Source: Chrysomallon squamiferum (Eukaryota > Animalia > Mollusca). Taken from it: a stretch of DNA of 64,000 nt. Shown here piece after piece: positions 1 to 13,089 of the stretch. The stretch is taken from NCBI GenBank assembly GCA_012295275.1, contig CM022674.1:744001-808000 (forward strand), read 5' to 3'. The notes beneath the pieces were generated by a model. That model was not told the DNA's origin. It saw only the letters and a list, made by a program, of their open reading frames with translations, and searched no databases. The position numbers and the translations under genes are program-made. Positions within the stretch are counted from its first letter, which is position 1. The number at the start of each line of letters is the position of its first letter.

Positions 1-76
1 TCTTTGTTAAATTTGGCAGGCTTCGTGACAGACTTTCGGTTGATAGTTATATGATTATATGAACAAGATCTTGGAA

Positions 77-148
<72 letters not shown>

Positions 149-251
149 TTTATTCTTTATTGATATAATCATTTATTTTAAAGGTTTTTTTCTATGTATT
201 TACTTAATTTCTTAATTCTTCTTCTTCTTCTTCTTCTTCTTCTTCTTCATC

Positions 252-301
<50 letters not shown>

Positions 302-734
302 TGTATGTTTTTACTTATGTTTGTAAATATTATTCCTTGTTTACGGTTTGATGTTTTCTCTTTTCTATAAAGAAACAAAAGTTATCAGAACTTCTCTCTC
401 TCTGCGTAGCCATTTAACCGAAATCTTTTTTTCAAAAATATTCCTCAGTTTGCCGTTAAATCGGTTAATTATTGATAATCTCTATAAAGAGTGTCCGTGT
501 TAAAATAAAGGTCACGTGACAGTTATTTAAAGGCGTTCAGAAGTGACTTCCTGGTATTGAATGAAATAAAAAACAAATCTTAATTTACTTCCGCAGTGTA
601 GAACGTGCTAAATGTCGATTTTAGAACGTTTCTAAATGTCGATTTTGTTTCGTTCCGGAATCAAAGTTTCAGTCTCTTTGATGAAGGGTTAATAATGATG
701 ATGATGGTTATAATTCAATATGTCATTAAAAAAG

Positions 735-940
735 TAACATTTGATAAACATAACTTTTATAATAACATAAAACAACGTTTATAACATAAGACACAAACAA
801 CACTTATAATAGCATAACACACATTTATAACAGCATAACATATAAGAAAATGAACTCGTTATTATAACCTAAAACACAAAAGATTTATAATAACAACACA
901 AAACATTTATAACAAAATAACAGACATTAGCATTTACAGT
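735..940. repeat. Degenerate ~20-30-bp tandem repeat (ACATTTATAATAACATAA)
   Basis: Repeated tttataa(t/c)a(a/g)cataa units. Confidence 0.65.
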
Positions 941-1667
941 TTTTCACTGCCAAATTAATTCAAAACACTGAAGCAGAACAAATATAACCATCACTGATTT
1001 CTTTCTGCAAGATTCGTAGTCTGTCACAAAACACAAACAAACAAACGCTGGCAAGGACCCTGTGCTCTGTCCGTCTGTCTGTATGTACAGCTATACGCGT
1101 TTTGGCTCACGAACACTTTCTTCTCGAATATACACTCTTTGCTTTCGACGCAGTAACATCTCTTGTGATTCACGGAGAAAACGAAATATAAGCTACGAAT
1201 GTATTTATCTTTGCTAGATGACTCGACTTCATTGTTGTCCGAAGATAAGAAAACGTCCTTGGCAGTGTCCTTGAGGTTTTGAATATTAATAAACAGATCA
1301 GTGTAAATGAGATAAATATTTTTTCTTCTTCTTCTTTATTAACCCTTTATTGTTATTATTTCTTTGTTTATTTTAAAACTTTATATTTTTGTCTGTTCTT
1401 TTTTTTTTTTTTTTTTTTTTGAAATCCCTTGTTATTTTTGTTCGTTTTCAAACCGTTTCATCCAAAGCCAGATAAAATAAACTGGTCAAGGTTTTCAGTT
1501 TATTATTATAATTATTATTATTACTGTTGTTGTTGTTGTTGTTGTGATCGTCGTTATCTATGTCGCCGTCGTCCTGATCACCACTTTTTGTTTATTTATT
1601 TCATTTATTTATCTAGAACTTTACACTTTCCTTCATGCCAAATTATCTGACTCAGTTTGTAAAGAAT

Positions 1668-1760
1668 TTCGGTCGACTGGTTCAGTGGTTAGAATACACT
1701 GCTAAGACGTGAGGTGCCCCAGGGTTAATTTGCTGGGTGTGTCTCATTCCAGTCACAGAC
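1668..1760 (+). mobile_element. Possible tRNA-derived SINE head (degenerate)
   Basis: Box A-like TGGTTCAGTGGTTAG at 1678-1692, followed at tRNA-like spacing by a decayed box B-like ggttaatttgc. Confidence 0.35.
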
Positions 1761-1800
1761 CCATGTATGATTATACAAATACACGGTATGTGATATCTTG

Positions 1801-1854
1801 CGTCTGCGACGGACACGCCCGCTGGCCTGTCGGAAAGCGTGCCCGTCGCAGACG
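1801..1854. other. GC-rich 18-bp hairpin
   Basis: CGTCTGCGACGGACACGC (1801-1818) pairs with GCGTGCCCGTCGCAGACG (1837-1854), with one mismatch. Confidence 0.85.
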
Positions 1855-2021
1855 TGCTTCACAACAGCTTGCTCTGATTAGCACGTTAATTTTTTTCCAA
1901 TTCCAATTCCAATATCTTGCTTATATGAAAATAATGCTAATAGTAGCTAGCATACTGTAGAAGCACAAAACTGCGTATGTATTGTAAATGTGTGTATACT
2001 GGTGTATTTGGCTTACGTATG

Positions 2022-2052
<31 letters not shown>

Positions 2053-2720
2053 TTATGTTCGTATGTATATGTACATGTACATATATGTATGTATATATGT
2101 AAAGAGAATAGAATAAAATAATAAAAACAAATGGAAACGAAATGAAATAAAATAAATAAATACAAAAACAAAAAAAAACAATATGAAATCAAATCTAACT
2201 GAATGAAACAAAACTGGACGAAATAAATTAAAATAAAATGTAGTGAAATGAAAGGAAAGGAAAGGAAAGACAAGAAAAGAAAAAAAAAGAAATGGAAAGA
2301 AAAGACAAGAAAAGAAAAGAAAACTAAACCAAACAAAAACGCAATAAGAACTAAAATTAATGGTAATCGCCTTGTAGCGAATTTCAATCTACCCAGACTG
2401 AAGAAACAAGATTTTCTTGCGACTGAGTTATTATTTTATTTGAACCCAGGGTAATTTCAGACACTTTTTTACTCTACCCCCGCCTCTCAGACATCAGCAA
2501 TGTTTGTCTTGTCCGTGGCCCTGGTTAACGTTTGAGTCTCAAATGATACTGCTGTCTGTGAAATTTCTCTCAATTGGTACACAAAGCAAATAGTTTAAAC
2601 ATCTGTCAGAATTCGCTGCAGTGAGTCACGACAGAAACACTTTGCTTGTCAAGACGGCGTTCAGTTCACGATCTGAACAGTTGAAATAATTCCGAGGGGT
2701 TTGATCTTAAATTGTGAAGA

Positions 2721-2828
<108 letters not shown>

Positions 2829-3538
2829 TAATAACTATATAAAGATGAAAGCGATAAATAAAGAGAAAAAAAATAAACAAACTAACAAACAAACAAACAA
2901 AAATTTGCTGCAACACATCTTTTCTTTCTACAGCAGGGTTGCAGAACTTAGTATTCAAATTTCCTTTGACTTCAATTATAAACATTTAGGGGAAAAAATT
3001 AAACACAGTTTTCAATTTAGGATACTGATATTTTGTCATTGCTTTCTATTTATGTATAATACAAAATCCTCCAACTTTAGTCTAATTAGCATAGTTTAAG
3101 CAACACACAATAACAATAATCACGAGGTTTTCAATGGCGTATAAATATATCCGTCTTAAGGAAAAAAACTAATAATTGTAACAGCATTTGTAGTAATATG
3201 CTAACATAATTATTAGTATTTTAAGTAGAAATGTTTTTTTAAATTTTAGAATCGAGTAAATGGTTACTTTTTAATCTTTGTTTTTTCCACGACAACATCT
3301 GAAAGATTCCCAATGTCTCGTTTCGATGAACTGTTTTCTAATTAGCAACTGTGAATCGATTACATACACTTTGCACCAACAATTATTTTATGATTAGCAT
3401 TAATATAACTTTTATATGAACCTTCCCATAAACGTCCAGAAACAGCACACACCACGGCTTTTGAAACATGAGTTAGAGCAAAACTGTCTGAGAGAAAGAT
3501 CTCAATGGCCGAACCGATAATCATTAACCTTTTTGTTA

Positions 3539-3607
<69 letters not shown>

Positions 3608-6036
3608 AAGAAGAAGAAGAAGAAGAAGAAAATAAAGATTTCTATTAGGTTCGTTAGTTATGCATCACAGATTGAATTTATACTAACATTTTAATTTTAA
3701 GTTTTTCGTTTTTTATTTGTTTTATTTTAAGAAATTTCTAACAATCTACTATTTTTAAGCTTTTCACATCTTTTATTCAATTATTTACGATTGTATACGT
3801 ATTGGCACGACTCTGCCACCCCCCCACGTGCTTAACCTGTTAAAAATAAATCCCTTTTCGCGACTACAAATATCTATATCAGCCAAACTCGTGGACAAGA
3901 CCAACACACGGACACAGAACTCGGACGTTCTGCACTCGATATTAATCCGAAAAATCCACAAACGAAAAACGATGACAATACCAGATGCATGCAGAAGCCA
4001 TTGCTCTTTGATGTCTACGGGTATTTCTACCGATTTTTTCTAGCGCACCGTGTCACTTTTGTTGACCGTGGGTTTAATACTTGTGTATCTGTGGAAATCA
4101 GGAATTAGATGACGGCTGATAATCTTACAGGGAAACAAAGTGTGAAGATCGATGCGGTTCGTGTTGACACGGACTTTGTTTTCTGTTGTCTTTCTCCACG
4201 TAAGAATCGGATTCCAGGTCGATACCGATGGTGTGTGTTTGGCGTACGATAGGTCTAGAGATCGATCGAGGACCAGGGGTTATGTTTGCAGAAAGTGCAT
4301 TAGTATCAGACGTTATCATCATCTTTTTTTTACTGTTTGTTTTCTTCTTTTTCTTCTTCTTTTTCATCATCATCATCTTTTTCTTCATCATCATCAACCT
4401 ATTATTCTGCTACTACGTCTAGATTTTAACTACGACTACTCTTACAGCTACTGTTGCTGCTGCACTACCATAACTAGATTATGATGACTACTACTAACAT
4501 AACGACTAGACTACGACTGTTGTTACTACGACTACGAGTACGTCTTCGACAATGACTAGTACGACTACAACTACCACCACGACTACGACTATTACTGCTC
4601 TTCCATCTTCTGTGTTTTATTCTTTAAAAGAAAACACATTATTATCACTATGCTTTAATTAACACATGAGATAAATGTGGCTAAAATTTTACCATTTTCA
4701 ATGTAGCTACTCCTGACAACAGTTTCAAATAAAAATTATTACTACGTCTCTGCTACAACAAAAACATTGCAGAATCACAGAAACAGACTTCAGAGAAATT
4801 AATACAAAGAGGAACGTTTCTTTAAAGGCGTGTATCTGTGGCGGATATGTGTTTGTGTGCTTGGCGACGGATGGGTGACCGGGTGTATGTGCGTGTGATT
4901 CAGTCTACTACTCATTTTGAAACATAATCATCTGTGCTTTTCAGAGACGTAACCATGTAATGCTGGAGAAAGGCTGCTGCTGACATTTAACGATTTGCTA
5001 TTGTCATTAACTGGTTTTATTTCAGAAATACTTTCTCACAGACAGAAAAATTGTACACCAAGGTCAAGGACGCGTCATTTATGATGTCATAATAGACGAT
5101 GTTAAGCAAACTGCCTGCTGTATTAAAATTAAGTATTGTTCTAAATCTAGGTTACTCTTTATTTCAGTGTCTTAGTAGAATTAGTTTAATTTAGAAGAAA
5201 TAAAAAAAATGTTTTGTTGCGCTATTGAAGTTGTCATCATGGTTTTCTTGGTTTTCTTCTTCTTCGTTATCTTCCTTTACTTGTTTTCTTCAGATATATG
5301 TTTACTGTCATAATTCTTGAATATAACTTTTGAATATCCTTAAATCTGAACTTCTTAACTTCCAGCGTCTACCATCCAGAAATAGAAACCCACAGCAGAG
5401 CAAAACGTTTGTCTGTTTATTCCAGCCCAGATTTTGAGGTTCATCGCTGAAAAGGCTTGAAGGTCACGGCATCGTGTTTTCGACAGTTAATCTTGTTAAT
5501 TGTAGAGAGCAGCAAGGTCAGAGTGCAGCTGTTAATTTAATCACATTGTTGTCCAACTCTTCCCTTCCGTGTATTTTTAGTCATATTTTGCAGACGTGAA
5601 TAACTGCATTATGAGACAACGTGTACATTACGTGATTTTAGCAGGAAAACATTTCTCTCCACTTTCGTCGTCTGCACATCTTGCCGCCATTCCACGAGCC
5701 CGGGTAAAATTCTGCGATGCTCCGTGGACGTGGCGGGATTCACGCCAGAAGACGAGCAAAAAAAAAAAATTATAAAAAAAACAAAAAATTCAACAGAAAA
5801 ATCCACAAGGACTGCCTTGAATTATAATTTCTGAAGATTACCTTCGTTGTTGCCAAAAGGCTTGAAATTAGGCTTCGTTTTTCGGGCTTGAGGAAAAGAA
5901 ACTTCAAACGAGTCCGGGCAATCCCCCTTCATAGCTCGACTGTTTACTCTGCAAGGAGCCCATGATTCTGCTTGTTTGCTGTCGCCCGATTGATACAATT
6001 TACGTTTTGTTGGCAATAAACAAACAACTGCGGGCC

Positions 6037-6073
6037 TATAAAAGACAGAACTCGGCTCACGGCAGCATCACTT
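6037..6073 (+). promoter_or_regulatory. Core promoter (TATA box and initiator-like element) of the chitin-binding mucin gene
   Basis: TATAAAA at 6037-6043, with an Inr-like TCACTT about 30 nt downstream (6068-6073). This lies ~115 nt upstream of the ATG at 6185. Confidence 0.6.
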
Positions 6074-6184
6074 CTTCTGTGAGTTCTAGCTTCCGAAAAC
6101 AGGTTGACAAAAGTTTAAAATTCTGTTCCAAAGAATCATTTTTCAAGTCTGTGAGAGTCGAGTTCTTCTGTTCTTTTGACGAAG

Positions 6185-6218
6185 ATGAGGATTCTAGGTC
6201 TCTGTCTTGTACTGGGAG
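6185..6218 (+). CDS. Chitin-binding peritrophin-A/mucin-like protein, coding exon 1 (signal peptide MRILGLCLVLG)
   Basis: The ATG at 6185 starts a hydrophobic signal-peptide-like stretch and is followed by a strong donor, GAG|GTGAGT, at 6219. The phase-1 end matches the acceptor at 18383 and gives MRILGLCLVLGVLQHASG-FTCP, a complete signal peptide ahead of the first domain. Confidence 0.75.
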
Positions 6219-7167
6219 GTGAGTGGTTTCCACTGTGTAGATCTTTGATGGTGATAGGAATGACGTCGTGACGGCCGTGGATGCCGTCGTTCGATGAATT
6301 GTAGTTATGATTTTATTGTTTCAAGGATAATGTTAATGGATAATGTTTTTTTTTTAAGCACTGAATTATTTTTGGTAAATCGAAACTTTTTGTGTTATTT
6401 GAAGGAGAAAAATGATTTTTTGAAGATTTTGGTTCATTTGCTATAAATTAATTCTTAGTTAGAATTCAATAAATAAATAATTTAACAGAAATTCCAGGTT
6501 TCGTTGTAAAAGATTCATTTTTAAAAATAGTAAATTACAACAAATATATGAAAATAAAATACCGTTTCAAGTATTAAAATAAAATAGCATGATTCAGAAT
6601 AAGCTAAAATAAAATTTTAAAATTATCTACAAAAATATTTTAAAATATATAAAATTAACCTTTATTTAAAAAGTAACTTTATACTGACTTATATTGCATC
6701 TAAAAAGAGCTTTCAACAGCACTAAATGTAATCATCTGGGGAAAACTAAACTAATAGATTTAACTGACTCTAAAATATAAGGCAGTGAATGACATTAGAC
6801 TAAAAATACATGAGTACGTCTAAATCAGATTATACGGTAATCAGCAAACGATATCTGAATATTTACGTTTGTTTTATTTAAAATATACGTTTATGGTGAA
6901 TATTTTACTTGAGACATTAGCATCTTTTTACTCTTTCTGTTAATGTGCAGTGTACAATGCCTGACGTAAACTAAAGAAATTAGATATCTAAAATATAACA
7001 CATTTATAATTATAGTTCTACGACACACAAGAGTTAAATTTATTAATTTACTATGGACAGGATTTGAGTGATTGATTTTATTTCATTAATAAAATACATT
7101 AATAAATTTCTTCTCTTGTACAGTGATGAAAGACTGATAGAGTAGAGGTATAATCTGAAGAAATTAG

Positions 7168-7251
<84 letters not shown>

Positions 7252-8301
7252 CTTACACAGACTTAAAATATTTTTTTATCTATTTCTCGTACTACTATTG
7301 AAAATATTTCTTAAAAGTCCATATCTTAAATGCAGTATATATATATATAACATGTTACGTATTTTAAATTATATTTTACGTTTACTATTTAAATAGCTAA
7401 ATCCTTTATATAGATCATGCTTTTGTTAAACACAGGTGAAAGATAAATAAGTAATTCATTCTGTAGTAGTAAAGATTTATCTGTATTATCAGTTTCAGTT
7501 GATAAGACTATGGATAATATTAAATCTTGTTTTCACTACATTTTAGTTTGCAGTGTAAAAGAATACAGTTAATGCCACTTACCATACTAAACTTTATAAT
7601 GCATTTTCTCAAACTGTTGAAATCATGAAAGTTTGATATAACAACCATCTACAAATTTAAGCTGTTTGTCGGTATTTTCATTTATAATTTAATAGAAAAT
7701 AATTATAAATATCATTAAAATCAGACTTTTTATCTAAATTCTAGTTTCCTTTACAGTTTAAACGAAAAAAAAAAATCTTATAATTTGACAGCATTTTCAT
7801 TCATAATTAGAACTGTGATTTTTACTCTAATCTCTTATTCTTGACAACAGTTAAAACATCAGAACTCTGGTATTAAGATAATGAATCTAGAACAGCAAAG
7901 ATTCGCAACTGTAGCGCTTTGCTCAAAAGTTCTGATCGAGACTTTCAGCTGAAAAATAATCACCATGAAATCAATTTAAAAAGTTACTTTTGATACTGCA
8001 TTCCAGTTCGAACTGTACATCTTATTTGGCAATATTCAGCAACAAAAATTCAATTTTTTTAATGAAAGAAAAAAAAAAGAAACACATGCCTGATTTATTG
8101 TCTTTCTTTTATTCTGTTTCTCTTGAACTACCTACTGCTTTTTAGCTAGTTTATTGAAATAAGATAAGAATTGAAATATCCACGATATAATTAAGGGAGG
8201 CTACCTCAAGCTTACTGTTTGATTTAAAGTATTGTTTTAGACTATGATATACTTCCAGATAGGTTCTTCATTCTTTGTCTTTCTTTCTTCCTTCTTCTGT
8301 T

Positions 8302-8510
<209 letters not shown>

Positions 8511-9388
8511 TCATAAATTATCAGATTTACTTACAGAACTGGTTTATTAAAAATTGTGAATATTTTACCCTGTCTGCAAGAGGGTTCACATTAGCATTCC
8601 ATGTTGCTAATGGAAAATGAATAGCCAACCAGACAATTTTGTTTTATTATCTGTAAAGTGGTTTACAATTGCGTAGAATTTTCTAATCATGCAATTACTT
8701 TATGAATTTTAAAATCATGTCTTTGCGTTGTGACAAATTGTTATGAAAATTATTAATGTGTTTGGACTGATTATTTTCCTTCAGTTATGAAAGAAAGCAA
8801 AATCTGATTCAGTTAACTTTTCGAAAAATAGTATTTCCATGTTGCGACAATAGAGTAATATAAAATAATTCTGATCGGATAAGCTATCATCGGTACTATT
8901 AATGAGTCAGTATATGCTTTTAGCTTCAACATTTAAAATAAGTTGTTTTTTAAACTGAAAATTTACTTCATATGATATACTTCTTTACGATTATTTAAGA
9001 ATTCTTTTTGAAGGACAGTTTTGTAGTGAAAGACTCGAGGCGAAACAATGAAGGATTTGGTGAAGCGCAGAAGCTAAAATATTGTTCTTATTGCGCATAT
9101 TTCTATTTCTGAAGTTTTATATTATTTCTTTCTTTATTTATTTATTATGAATATTTGTAAGAAAAAACGAAAGAAAGATAGATAGATAGATATTGCAGTT
9201 GTTGTTATAATTGTTTTGCTTTATTGTCTCAGTTATTCTATGATATATGGTAAAAATAAATTAAGTTCGAATGACACTGAACAATATAACGTAAATAATG
9301 GAAAATTCCAGAGCTTTAACGGTTTGTGAATCAGTGCTGAAGGCAAATCTCTATCTCATCATATCGGTGATTGAACTAGCTTCATTAC

Positions 9389-9391
<3 letters not shown>

Positions 9392-9443
<52 letters not shown>

Positions 9444-9533
9444 CACACATACACACATACACACATACACACACATACACACACACACACATACACACAC
9501 ATACACACACACACATACACACACACACATACA

Positions 9534-9573
<40 letters not shown>
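9392..9573. repeat. (CA)n/(CATA)n microsatellite
   Basis: Read directly from the sequence. Confidence 0.95.
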
Positions 9574-9580
<7 letters not shown>

Positions 9581-10231
9581 ATTCCAGAGAAATCAGGGAT
9601 TGGGGGAGTCGAGGATTCCAGTCGAATTGATTATCTGATCAAACGCAGACAGAAATTAAACGACAAAGAAGTAAATAATCAGAATAAACAGTATTGCAGT
9701 GCATGTCTCTTTAAACTGGTTTCGCGAATTCCAGAGGAATTCGAAATTATTCAATTTTATTTACATTTGCAGTTTGTTGTATATCTGTCCTAAGTACAGT
9801 TATGCGAAGATCGATTATTTATTTGTGTTGTTGTTGTTGTTGTTGTTTTAGGTTATTTATTTAATTTTTATTTTTATTTTTTTTTTAATGTTTTTTGGAC
9901 TCATTTGTTCGAGTTAAGTAAATTGCATTAAGTCGAACATTATCTGTAGTTTTTCGAGTTATTCAATATTCGAGTTAAACACACAAAGATAAGCACAGTT
10001 CAACATATATATATATACACACACACAAATACATACACATATTCAGTACTGTCATATACATTTAATTCTTTCTGATTATAAATTTGATAATGTATACATC
10101 TCAGTTAGTACACAGAACCTGTGTCTTTGAATATGTAGAAAGATAAAACGAAAGAAAGAAAGAAAGACAGATAGAAAGACAGACAGACAGACACATTGAC
10201 AGACTGATAGATAGATAGAAAGACAGATAGG

Positions 10232-10278
<47 letters not shown>

Positions 10279-11608
10279 TCAGAGAGACAGACAGACAGAC
10301 AGACAGATAGGTAGGTAGATCAATATAGAGAAGGAAAGATAAAAATCTAAATAAATAAAGAAAACCAATAAATAAAAAAATAAAGAAAAAATAAAGTGAA
10401 AAAAAAAAAGAAAATAAATAAGAAAATTAAATACTCCACTTTACAATTAATTTCAGTTATGTCGCTATTCTTTATTTATTTATATTTATTTTAAATTATT
10501 ATTCTAATTTTATTTATTCATTTATTTATTTACTTAATTATTTATTTATTCCGCATCCACCCTATTAATTAAACAGTGCACACACCATACACAAACACAC
10601 AAACAACTATTGATACTACTTGTACAATTACTGATTCTGGTTTATTAAGGCGACGTCTTTCGGAAAACACAAGAAATGACAAACACGACACTCCTTAAAT
10701 GTTAATAATCATCAAGTGTCTAACTTAGTTATTTCACCTGTAAAATATTAAAAAATATGCTGCACTGATTTGGTAAATATTATTTCATAAATAGTTATTT
10801 TACAGTCAAATATTATTCAAACGTTTGTTGGACTAGTTAATAACTAGATGTTTGTAAAATGCTTGGGGAAATGTTTAAGTATAAAATTTATTCTGCAGTG
10901 ATAAAAATGATGTTGGGGTTTTATTGTCTGAGGCTAGGAGAAAGTAATCGACAGAAATAAAATAAAATAGATTAATTAATTAATTAATTAAACAAACAAA
11001 CAGGTAAATAAAACAGAAAAAAATAAAAGTTGAAAATAAAATAAGGAAGAAACAATCAAGACTCATTATATAAAATCACTATCAACTAGAACAAGAACTT
11101 TTACTACTACTACTATTAGCACAGTTCAATAATAATAACAACAATATTAATAATAATAATAAAAAACTAAATAAAAGGTATATTAACAACCTTCAGAATA
11201 TGTCTCGAATTCATCTTCTTATTGTCATTGTTATAATTTATTTATTTATTTATTGACTGACTAATTTACATTTTTCCCCCTCTCTGTCTTTTGTTTTACA
11301 CAATGCAGCATACATTAATAACTGATATTTATAAATTGTGCAATTATTATTACTTTTTATACGACCAAAACACGGTACTAACATTTTACCCTCTGACGTA
11401 AACCGACATTCAACAATACAAGCTGTAAACGGCGACGCTACAGATCAATTTTAGTTTTAAAACCAAAATTTACATTAAAATTAGCTCATTAACATACGTG
11501 CACGTGAACTCCCAGTTCCAAAAAAACAGACATCGTGTCGCCATAGCGTTTTATTTTTATCCTAGAAAACTTTAGCAAATATTCCCTTTTTTAATCAATA
11601 TTATCAAG

Positions 11609-11765
11609 CTAATTTGCATACCGTATTTTATCAACATTACACAGACTAATGTACATACCGTAGTTCATCAACGTTACGGCGGCCTGCTTACAAATCGTTT
11701 TCCATCGATAAGTTACGGAGACTAATGTACATACCGCATTATTAAGCAGGATAATTTACATGTGG
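11609..11765. repeat. Degenerate ~37-40-bp tandem repeat (CTAATGTACATACCGTA...), 4-5 copies
   Basis: Recurring ctaat(g/t)t(a/g)cataccg and atcaac(a/g)ttac motifs. Confidence 0.7.
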
Positions 11766-11947
11766 TGTTTCGTTGAATTTTCGAAAACTCCCACACACTG
11801 TCAGTTGTGTCAGATTAAATTGTTTAAAAAACAAACCAAATTTACGCTAAAAATCCAAATACTGGGTAATGTCAAAATATTATAAAAAGCTATAATTAGC
11901 TACTGGTTATATATATAAATTATAACTTAATAACTAGAAGAAATATA

Positions 11948-12153
<206 letters not shown>

Positions 12154-13000
12154 CAGACTCTTTATATATATTTTACCTGTTATATCTGATAACTGTTAAG
12201 TATTACGTAACACATGCTGTGTATTTTCTTAATTTAAATATTTCTTATATTCATTCATAATATTTATACTTTAACAGCTCATATTTTATTTTCCTTTCAT
12301 TGACAACTGTGATGTAGATAATGGTTGCGCAAACATATCGTTCAAGGCTAAATTAATTAAACAAATATAACACTGACTAATAGAGATGTTTGTTTTGAAT
12401 ACATATAAAAAGGTTTGATCATAATCTTCTATCAATATCAGATAACTGAAAGATACACATTTGCAGCAAGTGTGTTTGTTTTTGTCACCACATTTTAATA
12501 ATGTCTATACACACAGTGGATCTGACAGAACAGTTCAGTGCTTGTTTTATAAATATTTATAATGTATTTCTCGCATTTGTTTTTTTTCAGATGTTGATTC
12601 TGAAAATAAATATTGTGTGTTTTAAATAACGTTGAGTTGTTTTATTTCTTTCAAGGTTCTTTATTTTCCTTGTTTTCAGATTTTTTTTTAATGTTTTTCG
12701 TAATCTTAATTATCATCATCATCATTTTTATTACTGTTATTATTGTTGTTGTTGTAGTCTTCATTAACATAATTTATTATAATCATTTTTATTTTATTTT
12801 TTCTAAACTGATGTCGTTTATTAAGATAATTTGTTATATTTTAATTTGATTTCTGCACTGACAACTCCATATTAGCATAATTTATTATAATAATGTTTAC
12901 TTTGTATTTCTAAACTGAGAATTAATTATACATTATTTGTTTTAAGTTGAATTACGCTAAATATCAGAAATGTGAGTGAATGTGTGCATACGCGCATGTA

Positions 13001-13089
<89 letters not shown>

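Noticed and set aside
4109-4205. Alternative first exon for the chitin-binding gene (MRFVLTRTLFSVVFLH followed by GTAAGA)
   Set aside because: The signal-peptide-like frame ends in phase 0, incompatible with the phase-1 acceptor at 18383. The phase-1 frame from ATG 4109 is not signal-like. The 6185 exon has a TATA box and the correct phase.
9896-9980. Three TTCGAGTTA motifs suggesting a pogo-type MITE end
   Set aside because: Too degenerate; no matching TIR or TSD was found.
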